A DNA stretch of 64,000 nt, taken from positions 2,463-66,462 of the forward strand of contig DATJII010000286.1 of the NCBI GenBank assembly GCA_035493435.1. Reading direction: 5' to 3'. Position numbers and translations under genes: made by a program. Positions 46,621-54,590 of this stretch are shown here, piece by piece. Each line of letters starts with the position of its first letter. The stretch's first letter is position 1. This DNA is from Candidatus Limnocylindria bacterium. GTDB taxonomy: Bacteria > Verrucomicrobiota > Verrucomicrobiia > Limisphaerales > UBA9464. Under the pieces are notes generated by a model. That model searched no databases. It worked only from the letters and a program-made list of their open reading frames with translations, and was not told the DNA's origin.

Positions 46621-47595
46621 GTGCGCCATGATTCCTCCACTGCCCAGCACGCGATGCAAAGTTATCCGGAAAATCCTGCGGAGCGAACCCAGTGGATATT
46701 GGACCGCCGCCGTACCGTTCGCCGTTTGGCTCCGGATCCCTTTTCCCCGAGTGGCTGGGAAAACGACGAAGAGCCGGGCGATCATGGTGGTTCGGCAGCG
46801 GTCTTCACCGTTTTCCTGACCAATCGGGAATGTCCGTGGCGGTGCCTGATGTGCGATCTCTGGCGCTACACGACGGAAACCGCGACACCCCCGGGGGCGC
46901 TGCCAGCACAGCTCCGAAAAGTCCTGCCTCACGCCAGCCTGAGGCAGGGAGGCGAAACGTGGATCAAACTATACAACGCCGGTTCGCTCTTCGATCCGGG
47001 CACCGTCCCGAAGTCGGACTGGAAGGCGATCGCCGAGCTTTGTCGTCCGTTTCAACGAGTTATTGTCGAATGTCATCCATCACTGGTTGATGAACGGATT
47101 CTCCCCTTTCAGGCCATGCTGGGTGGAGCGCAACTGGAAGTGGCGATGGGCCTTGAGACTGTTCACCCGGTGGTGTTGGAGAAGCTCAACAAGCGGATGA
47201 CGCTGGAAACGTTTGTCAAGGCGGCGACTTTTTTGCGGAAGCATAGTTGCGCCGTGCGGAGTTTTGCGTTGGTTCGCCCGCCTTTTCTCGACGAAGCAGA
47301 GGCCCGCCATTGGGCTTGCCGGACAATCGATTTTGCCTTCGATTCCGGTTGTAATGTGATTGCTGTCATCCCCACTCGTACGGGAAACGGGGCCCTGGAA
47401 GAATTGGCCAGGCAGGGTCATTTCGCGCCGCCTGGCATTGAGACGCTTTCCGAGGTGTTGGCGTACGGTCTAAGCCTAAAGCGTGGGCGGGTATTGGCGG
47501 ATTTGTGGGATCTCCAACGTTTTGCGACTGGGGAGGCGTTGGATGCCTGGAAGATCCGGTTGGCCAGGTGGAATCGGGATCAAAGGGTTGATTAG
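46621..47595 (+). CDS. Radical SAM protein (COG1244/TIGR01210-like, inference)
   Basis: VFLTNRECPWRCLMCDLW contains CX3CX2C. The rest is consistent with a TIM-barrel-like fold (KLYNAGS.FD, MGLETV). Start may be at 46654 (MQSYPEN). Confidence 0.7.
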   Translation: MRHDSSTAQHAMQSYPENPAERTQWILDRRRTVRRLAPDPFSPSGWENDEEPGDHGGSAAVFTVFLTNRECPWRCLMCDLWRYTTETATPPGALPAQLRKVLPHASLRQGGETWIKLYNAGSLFDPGTVPKSDWKAIAELCRPFQRVIVECHPSLVDERILPFQAMLGGAQLEVAMGLETVHPVVLEKLNKRMTLETFVKAATFLRKHSCAVRSFALVRPPFLDEAEARHWACRTIDFAFDSGCNVIAVIPTRTGNGALEELARQGHFAPPGIETLSEVLAYGLSLKRGRVLADLWDLQRFATGEALDAWKIRLARWNRDQRVD

Positions 47596-47958
47596 AAAAT
47601 CCTTAAAAATAGGCAAAGATTGGTTTCTGGTGTTATCAACGCCAAACAAACTTTCCAGTGAATGCTGGATTCGAAAGACCTGGACTCGATGCCTTGAGGT
47701 CGGAGATCCGGTTTGCCTATTCCATGGTTCGTCAGCTTGGGGGTCGTTGGCGTCACTTTCGCCGTAATAATGGAGCGGAAACGGTGGTCCACTGTGGGGC
47801 GTCGGTAGACGATCCTGATTTGGCCGGCAAAGCCGGCTGAGGCGGCCCGACTTGCTCCATTCTCACGGTGTTGCTCGATAGTCCGGCCGTTCCCCGTCGA
47901 CTCTGAATGGCACTTTCGTTGTCCGATCTGCGGGACGCCGGGTATTATTCGTGAGTGA

Positions 47959-49398
47959 ATGAACGGACGAACTGACAACGAGCTTTTGAGGGAATACGCC
48001 AGGAACCATTCCGAAATGGCGTTCTCCGAGTTGGTGCGTCGCCATGTGGACCTGGTCTATTTCACCGCAATGCGCCTGATGGGTGATGCGGACGCCGCCA
48101 AAGATGTGACGCAGGCGGTATTTCTGGCGTTGGCCCGAAAGCCGTCGGAACTGGCGAAACACCCGGTTCTTTCCGGTTGGCTCCATTGCACCGCTCGAAA
48201 TCTTTCCGCGAAGAACGTGCGTTCCGAGGTTCGTCGCAAAGCTCGGGAACAGGAAGCTGCCGCCATGAACGAAGTGCTTTCGGGTCCGGTGGAATCGACG
48301 TGGGCGGAAATTGAACCACATCTCGACGCGGCGCTTGGCGAATTGAATCCCGCCGAACGCGATGCGGTGATGCTCCGTTACTTTGAAAGAAAATCCGCGT
48401 CAGAGATGGCAGGCGTCCTGGAAATCAGCAGCGACGCCGCACAAAAGCGCGTGAGCCGGGGAGTGGAGCGCATGCGCGACTATTTTGCCAGGCGCGGTGT
48501 CGTGGTGGGAGCGAATGGACTGATTCTCGCCGTAGGCGCCCACGCGACGCCAGCCGCACCCGCAGGCTTGGTCGCCACTATTTCCGGCGCCGCATTTGCT
48601 GGTGGAACTGGCCTCGCGTCAGTTTCCGGCGGTATAGCCACGACAGCCAAAATCCTCGCCATGACTACTCTGAAAAGAACCCTCGTCACCACTATCATCG
48701 CTGTCCTCACGGGAGTGGCGGTCTACGAAGCGCGCCAGACCGCTCAACTGCGCACGCAATTGGAGGTCTTCTCGCAACGGCAGGCCGTCCCTGAACTGCC
48801 ATCGGAGCAGGTCATCACGGCCAATAAGTCCAATGCCTCGAATAGCGAGCGATTGCGGGAGTTACTGAGGCTCCGGGGTGAAGTGGCATTGCTCCGGCGG
48901 CAGCAACGTGAATTGGAGCAAGCTCTCGCGACGCGATCAGGGCTGCCTCAAAGCACTATGCAACGGGCTCTCGACGTCCCGTCGCGGGCCAATGCTCGTG
49001 CTCCTTTCCAGATTCAACTGGTCACGGACGAAACTGCGCAGGATGCCGAACCGATGACCAACAACGCTCATGGCGCGAATCCGGAAACTCTCTACGTGCA
49101 GAAAACGCCCCTGCTGGACCACACCGTGATAAGTACCGCCACGGTGGGCGTGAATCCGCAATCCGGGTCTCCGGAAATAAATGTGGAGTTCAGTGATCTA
49201 GGCAAGGAATTGTTCGCGACGGTCACCCGCGAGAACCTCAATAAGCGGTTCGCCATGGTTTTGAACGGCCGTTTATATTCCGCGCCGGTCATTCGCTCGG
49301 AAATCGCCGGGGGCAAAGCCCAGATCAGTGGCGACTTCAGTGAGTCTGAGGCTAGGGAGCTTGCCGCCGCCATCAACGAAGCCATTCAAAATCGGTAA
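47959..49398 (+). CDS. ECF sigma factor fused to TM segment(s), coiled coil and a SecD P1-head-like extracytoplasmic domain
   Basis: N-terminal sigma regions 2 and 4 (AKDVTQAVFLALA; ERDAVMLRYFE.KS..EMA..L......AQKRVSRG). Hydrophobic stretch at residues about 175-250. C-terminus EINVEFSDLGKELFATVTRENLNKRFAMVLNGRLYSAPVIRSEIAGGKAQISG.FSESEARELA. Confidence 0.8.
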   Translation: MNGRTDNELLREYARNHSEMAFSELVRRHVDLVYFTAMRLMGDADAAKDVTQAVFLALARKPSELAKHPVLSGWLHCTARNLSAKNVRSEVRRKAREQEAAAMNEVLSGPVESTWAEIEPHLDAALGELNPAERDAVMLRYFERKSASEMAGVLEISSDAAQKRVSRGVERMRDYFARRGVVVGANGLILAVGAHATPAAPAGLVATISGAAFAGGTGLASVSGGIATTAKILAMTTLKRTLVTTIIAVLTGVAVYEARQTAQLRTQLEVFSQRQAVPELPSEQVITANKSNASNSERLRELLRLRGEVALLRRQQRELEQALATRSGLPQSTMQRALDVPSRANARAPFQIQLVTDETAQDAEPMTNNAHGANPETLYVQKTPLLDHTVISTATVGVNPQSGSPEINVEFSDLGKELFATVTRENLNKRFAMVLNGRLYSAPVIRSEIAGGKAQISGDFSESEARELAAAINEAIQNR

Positions 49399-49417
49399 CG
49401 TGCTCGATTCAAATCTC

Positions 49418-50356
49418 TTAGCGAGCGAGTCGATAGAACTGTTGGATTTTTCCCGGAGACATCAGGTCCCGGTATTGGATGTGCCCTTCGGCGTCGGCGG
49501 TGACGCTTTCCAGCGTCTGCCAATCGGCGGGGGCCAGGGCCGCAGTAGTTTGGATGTGGTATTGCCCGTTTGGGGCACCCGTGGCCGTGATTTGAAAACC
49601 GGTGTCGATAACCACCCCGGAGACGATTCTTGGCGGCAGCGTGGAACTGGCAGTCACGTGGATTAACGGCTCATTGCCGCGACCAAAAAACGCCGAGTTG
49701 AAAAGGTAGTTTACCTTGTCATCAGCGGCATAGAATCGGAGCGACACGATTCCGCCGCTGGAAATATCGGGAACGAGGTGGGCGTTGAGCGGCAGGGGCC
49801 ACGTGACATGGATGTTATTGCCCGGTGGCGCGTAGGTGTTGGTGCTGAGAATCTCATGCGGGTTCGATAGTAGATCGGGCAGCGAATTGAAGCTGATTCC
49901 ATCGGTGCTGGGCAGGTTGGGCGTTCCCGTGCCTTCCGCCCAATCGTCGTCGGAGAGCCATTCGATGACGAACTGCCCGCCGGAAATAACACCGAACACG
50001 GAGTTATTGGGTTGCACGCCTGCGGTGCCGTAGTTGCTCGCCAACTCCAGCGAGATCGTGTCGATGGACCAGTTGTTCGTCCCGTAGGTGGTGTCGAATA
50101 ACCTGGGCGCCCCGGCCAGATCGAATCGGATCACGCTTTGAAATTCACCCTTCACCGAAGAGGCGGAGGCTACCACCAAGGTTCCGGCCCCACCGAAATT
50201 CAAGGCGGTAAGATCGGAGCCAGCCGGATTACCCGTTGAACCCGTTGCCAGGAAAACGTCGGCGGTATTGGTCGCGGTATACGTTGTTTGTGCCTGGGCC
50301 AGGGGCATCCAGGCCACCCAGGCAAGAATGAGGATGGAAAAGCGAAAGGTCTTCAT
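49418..50356 (-). CDS. Secreted DNRLRE/CBM96-like domain protein with C-terminal F/Y-Y-R module
   Basis: Signal peptide MKTFRFSILILAWVAWMPLAQA. ADVFLATGS....NFGGAGTL.V......GEFQSVIRFDL. C-terminus ...GQYHIQTTAALAPADWQTL...QQFYRLAR. Its start overlaps the upstream stop (ATGA). Confidence 0.7.
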   Translation of the reverse strand: MKTFRFSILILAWVAWMPLAQAQTTYTATNTADVFLATGSTGNPAGSDLTALNFGGAGTLVVASASSVKGEFQSVIRFDLAGAPRLFDTTYGTNNWSIDTISLELASNYGTAGVQPNNSVFGVISGGQFVIEWLSDDDWAEGTGTPNLPSTDGISFNSLPDLLSNPHEILSTNTYAPPGNNIHVTWPLPLNAHLVPDISSGGIVSLRFYAADDKVNYLFNSAFFGRGNEPLIHVTASSTLPPRIVSGVVIDTGFQITATGAPNGQYHIQTTAALAPADWQTLESVTADAEGHIQYRDLMSPGKIQQFYRLAR

Positions 50357-51153
50357 AACCGGCGGCGAAGGACCGCAAAGGCAACGAGGGAGAATGAGGC
50401 CGCCGCCCAGTAGGCAGGTTCAGGCACGGACGTCACGCTAATCGTCAGTTCCGGGTGATTGGAGGCAAAGCTGCGGGCGTTGAACAGGTAGCTGACGTCG
50501 TCGTCGGCAGCGAAGAAATAGAGCGACACGTCACCACCCCCGGCGGCGTCAGCCAGCAGCCCGGAATTGAGGGCCAGGGCATAACTCGCGTAGATATTAT
50601 TGCCCGGAGGTGTATAGGTAAAAGTGCCCAATGAATGATGCGCGCCGGAGAAAAGAGTGGGCTTTGAGTCCAGGCTCACCGCGCTGTTGCCGGGAAAGCC
50701 GGGCGAACCCGTGCCGCCGCCACTGCCCTCGGTCCATCCGTCGTAGGAAAGCCACTGAATGCCAAAACTCCCGGCGTTGATCTTGTTGAAGATGTTATTA
50801 TTGGGTTGCGAGCCTTGCACCCCAAAGTTACTGGCAAGTTGCAGCGTCAAGCCGGTGATTTCCCATTGGCCCGCCCCATAGGTAGTGTCGAATTGGCTGA
50901 CTGCTCCCGCGAGGTTGAACTTGATCAGGCTGTCGAATTCACCCTTGGTGGACGAAGCCGACGCGATGGCCAGCGTGCCCGCGCCACCGAAATTCAGGCT
51001 GGTGAGATCGCTGCCCGCGGGATTGCCGGCTGATCCCGCCGCCAGGAAGGCGTCGGCAGTGGTGTTGTTGATGGTATAGGAAGTGTCGGCATGAATGGCT
51101 GCGGGCAGGGTGCCGAGCAGGACCAACAAAGGAAGGGAAGCAGGTTTGATCAT
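50353..51153 (-). CDS. PEP-CTERM-anchored paralogue of 49418..50356
   Basis: Signal peptide MIKPASLPLLVLLGTLPAAIHA. Has the same N-terminal domain, with about half the positions identical by eye. C-terminus VPEPAYWAAASFSLVAFAVLRRRL is a PEP-CTERM sorting signal. Start set at ATG (complement of 51151-51153). Confidence 0.8.
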   Translation of the reverse strand: MIKPASLPLLVLLGTLPAAIHADTSYTINNTTADAFLAAGSAGNPAGSDLTSLNFGGAGTLAIASASSTKGEFDSLIKFNLAGAVSQFDTTYGAGQWEITGLTLQLASNFGVQGSQPNNNIFNKINAGSFGIQWLSYDGWTEGSGGGTGSPGFPGNSAVSLDSKPTLFSGAHHSLGTFTYTPPGNNIYASYALALNSGLLADAAGGGDVSLYFFAADDDVSYLFNARSFASNHPELTISVTSVPEPAYWAAASFSLVAFAVLRRRL

Positions 51154-51182
51154 GGTACAGGATTGGATGACGGGTAGATAGG

Positions 51183-52031
51183 TTATTCCGGTGATATATT
51201 GACTGGGAAAAAAAGCGGGCCGGGACCGTTGGTTTGGGTGCCGAATTCGAGCAGGAAGTTTTGGACCCTGGCCGAAAGCAGGAAATTGGAGAGCGCTCTC
51301 GCGCCAGCTGCATTGGCTCCTGGCACGCGCCTGGGACTGGCATCCATGACGATAAATGGGCGGCGCATCAAAGGGTCGCCCTTGACCAATACCTCCATGC
51401 CGGCGGCATACATCTTGCCGGTGTGCGCCGGAATATAACCGACGACCACGTAGGCATTGTTGGTGCGGGCAAATTGCAGGATATTCCATTTGGAAACGGT
51501 GTCGTCCTTGATGACCCAATTGCCCTTGGGTTCCACACCCGCCCGGCGCCAAAGGGTGTGAGACAATTCCCGGCTGCCAATGCCCTGGAAATCGACGAAT
51601 CGCGATTTGGTTTCGGCAATCTTGCGCAAGGCGTCCGCGCCGTTGGTCATGCCGCGCACGTGGGCTGGATCGGCAGCGGGGCCGACGACGCACAATTCGT
51701 TGCGGGTCCAAGGCCGCATGTTGACGCCGAATCCGTCGGCCACCAGGTCGGTTGTGATGTCACCCGAATGCATGGTCAGCAGGTCCACTTTTCCTTCGCG
51801 CATGGCCTTGTCGAGTTCCGGGCGTGGACCGGTCACGACGACTATTGTTCGATACCCGGTCTCCGTTTCGAACATCGCAGTGAGCTTGGGCCATAGGCCC
51901 GTCATGGTCATTCCCCCGATCACCGCGCAGCGGACTGTCCGTGCGTCAACGGGTGTTTCGTTTGGGCGACGGCAGGAAACGACCGCGAACAGCAGGCCAA
52001 CAAATAAAAAACGGATGGTATGGCTCTTCAT
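51183..52031 (-). CDS. Lipoprotein, TupA-like (PBP_like_2) periplasmic substrate-binding protein without cognate transporter genes
   Basis: MKSHTIRFLFVGLLFAVVSC (lipobox). Blocks VVGPAADPAHVRG, GIGSRELSHTLW..AGVEPKGNW and LVKGDP...RPF.VM...P.R.PG.N resemble tungstate-binding TupA. The TTTST anion-binding motif is replaced by GGMTMT. Confidence 0.7.
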   Translation of the reverse strand: MKSHTIRFLFVGLLFAVVSCRRPNETPVDARTVRCAVIGGMTMTGLWPKLTAMFETETGYRTIVVVTGPRPELDKAMREGKVDLLTMHSGDITTDLVADGFGVNMRPWTRNELCVVGPAADPAHVRGMTNGADALRKIAETKSRFVDFQGIGSRELSHTLWRRAGVEPKGNWVIKDDTVSKWNILQFARTNNAYVVVGYIPAHTGKMYAAGMEVLVKGDPLMRRPFIVMDASPRRVPGANAAGARALSNFLLSARVQNFLLEFGTQTNGPGPLFFPVNISPE

Positions 52032-52035
52032 CCGT

Positions 52036-52803
52036 TCAATAATTGGAGGCTTGAAGGTCGCTGGAGGTTCCAGTAAGCCAGCGAACTTCGTCACGTCCTG
52101 GGTCGCCACTCCCACAGCCGAGGTAGGACCCCTTGAATGACTGGACCTGGCCGGCAAGGAAGAGCAATTGGACCCGACCTCGATGCCGGGCGGCGGGATC
52201 ATAAGGACGGGTGGAAGGAAAAGTGGACGCATAAGGACCGGGAGCGTCGGCCATGGCGACGACGAGGTCGGGCTCCTTTATTTCCGAGAAGCGTGTGGCC
52301 AACGGCAGGTTCCAGGGCGACAGGTTCATGTTCATGCCGTACGAGAGAAAATAGGTCCCACCTGGATCGTCGGCAGCAGGGCAGGTGAATACCGATGTGA
52401 CATGCGCCGTTGGGCGCAGATGGTTCGTCGCCATGCTCTCAAAGGGTGGGAGCCCGAAATAATACGGCAGCGCATTGAACCAATCGTCGGGCCGATCAAT
52501 TCGCGCCAGCCGTTGGACCCCTTGTCCGCGACGGGGCAGAAAATCCTCGTTCTCATCGGCGTACAAGCGAAAGGCCAAGCCCCACTGCCGGAGATTGCCC
52601 ACGCATTGCGTTGCGCGGGCCTTGCTTTTCGCGCTGGCCATGGCGGTGAGCAGCAGTGACGCCAATACTGCGATGATAGCGATCACCACGAGCAGCTCGA
52701 CCAACGTGAAGGCGCCCCGTCGGTCGCAGGTCTTGAAGGCACGACTAACGCGGGGCGCCAACACCGACCCGTGAATTGGATTCTCTGGTGAATTTAACGT
52801 CAT
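52036..52803 (-). CDS. Prepilin-type N-terminal cleavage/methylation domain protein (DUF1559 / H-X9-DG-like pseudopilin)
   Basis: [22 protein letters not shown] (class III signal). C-terminal [14 protein letters not shown] is an H-X9-AG variant of H-X9-DG. Confidence 0.85.
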   Translation of the reverse strand: MTLNSPENPIHGSVLAPRVSRAFKTCDRRGAFTLVELLVVIAIIAVLASLLLTAMASAKSKARATQCVGNLRQWGLAFRLYADENEDFLPRRGQGVQRLARIDRPDDWFNALPYYFGLPPFESMATNHLRPTAHVTSVFTCPAADDPGGTYFLSYGMNMNLSPWNLPLATRFSEIKEPDLVVAMADAPGPYASTFPSTRPYDPAARHRGRVQLLFLAGQVQSFKGSYLGCGSGDPGRDEVRWLTGTSSDLQASNY

Positions 52804-52970
52804 TTCTACCGGCCACGTCCGTTGGTGAAGGAATCTTGCCAGTACCGATATATCACGTCAAATAGATCGAGAAATGACGCTGACGACCGAGGTTACGAAA
52901 CGATGTCTTCTGCGGCGGTTTGATTGTCCGCGTTGAAATGCCCCGGTTCGACGGTCTACGGTGGTCTCCC

Positions 52971-54563
52971 ATGCACTCGATGGAACGAATCAAAACGGGA
53001 CGCTGTTCCGTAGAACTGGTGGTTGCCTGTTCCTGCCTCGTGGCGATCGGTATGCGCGCCTCAGGTGACGCGAAACCCTACCCGTTCTTTGAACCCATCC
53101 AACCTTCACGGAGGCATCAAATCGTCGTCCATGGCGGCGAAGCGAACCAAGCGCCAGCGGATTCCCGTCCGGCACTTGAACGTTGCATTGAAGATGGCTT
53201 GGAATGGGCGGAAGTGGCGGTGCGATTGACTCGGGACGGCCAGCACGTTTTATCTCATGCGGATAGAGTCAGTGCAGGTTCGGCCCAAAACTGGGCTATC
53301 GGTGAACGCACTCTGAGCGAGTGGAAAGCTGTCGATCTGGGATCTCAGTACTCTCCACGTTATGCAGGCGAATCCTTGCTCTCCCTTCGCGAAGCTTTCG
53401 CGCTCGCCAAGAATCGCCTCAACCTATGTCTTGATTGCCGGGAAGTGAGTCCAGAGCAGTTGGCGCGCGAGATTTTGGAAGCGGGGATGGAGCACCAGGT
53501 GGTCGTATGCGACGAGCCAGTGCTGCTCAAAAGACTTGATGCGGCCTCTGGAGGTCGAGTGGCGCTTATGGCGCACTGGCATCCGGGAACAGATATTACC
53601 AGTTGGGTGGGGTCAAATCACCTATCGGCGGTCGCCATTGAGGTGAGTAAGGTGACGGCGGACGTGAACCGCGCTTTCCAGGCCTTGGGAGTGAAAGTTC
53701 AGGTCCAGAACGCGGGCTCGTCCGATACGGCGGAAAACTGGGACAAAGCAATTCGTGCGGGGGCCGATTGGCTCCAAACCGATTTACCCGAGGAGTTGAT
53801 GGCTCATCGGCTTTGGCAACAGTTGAAGGTTCGGCCCGTGCGATTTTCCCTGCATCGAGGTGCCAATCGGTATGCGCCTGAAAACACTCTTCCCGCGTTC
53901 ACCAAAGGGATACGCCTGGGTGCCGATTTTGAGGAGTTCGATGTCCGCACAACCCTCGACGGAAAGTACTATCTGCTGCACAACGACACCTTGGATGGCA
54001 AAACGGACGGTTCAGGGCCGATTGCGACAACGGCCTCCAGCGTGATCGATTCGCTGAGCGCTGGGAGCAAATTTGGCAAGCCTTATGCCGCAATCAAGTT
54101 GCCGACTTTAGACCAGTTTTTGGGCGTCGTGGCCGGAAAAGTGGACCTCTATTTCGATGCCAAAGCGATTACCCCCGAGGCTCTTGCGGAAAGCATCACG
54201 CGGCATGGACTTGATGAGCGCACTGTGGTGTACCAATCCCCCGAATACCTCCTGCGGCTCAAGGCGATTAATCCCAAGATCCGGGCATTGCCGCCGCTCC
54301 GATCGGCTGGCGAATTAGACGGACTATTGAGCAAGTTGCACCCTTATGCCGTGGATGCTGACTGGGACCTGCTTTCCAGGACTCTGATAGCCCGCTGTCA
54401 TGCACAGGGAATTCTGGTGTTCTCCGACGCGTTGGGAAAACATGAGCGTATCGAAGACTATCTGCAGGCGATCGACTGGGGCATTGACGTGATTCAAACG
54501 GATCATCCGCTACGGCTCTTCCGGGCCATGGAGTTGCAAAACGCCGGGGCGGTTAAGCTCTAG
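52971..54563 (+). CDS. Secreted protein with two glycerophosphodiester phosphodiesterase (GDPD) domains, the first degenerate
   Basis: Second domain is canonical: HRGANRYAPENTLPAF, EFDVRTTLDGKYYLLHND, FDAK. First domain has HGG, ADSRPAL and SHAD at the equivalent positions. Confidence 0.75.
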   Translation: MHSMERIKTGRCSVELVVACSCLVAIGMRASGDAKPYPFFEPIQPSRRHQIVVHGGEANQAPADSRPALERCIEDGLEWAEVAVRLTRDGQHVLSHADRVSAGSAQNWAIGERTLSEWKAVDLGSQYSPRYAGESLLSLREAFALAKNRLNLCLDCREVSPEQLAREILEAGMEHQVVVCDEPVLLKRLDAASGGRVALMAHWHPGTDITSWVGSNHLSAVAIEVSKVTADVNRAFQALGVKVQVQNAGSSDTAENWDKAIRAGADWLQTDLPEELMAHRLWQQLKVRPVRFSLHRGANRYAPENTLPAFTKGIRLGADFEEFDVRTTLDGKYYLLHNDTLDGKTDGSGPIATTASSVIDSLSAGSKFGKPYAAIKLPTLDQFLGVVAGKVDLYFDAKAITPEALAESITRHGLDERTVVYQSPEYLLRLKAINPKIRALPPLRSAGELDGLLSKLHPYAVDADWDLLSRTLIARCHAQGILVFSDALGKHERIEDYLQAIDWGIDVIQTDHPLRLFRAMELQNAGAVKL

Positions 54564-54590
54564 CAGACGCCGGAATAGTGGATATAACTT

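Noticed and set aside
47658-47840. 60-codon ORF downstream of the radical SAM gene, considered as a possible RiPP precursor peptide.
   Set aside because: It has a GTG start with no evident ribosome-binding context and no Cys/Ser/Thr-rich core or leader-like motif. The radical SAM protein looks COG1244-like rather than SPASM/RiPP-type, and no maturase, protease or transporter genes are nearby. It is kept only as a note in the gap finding.
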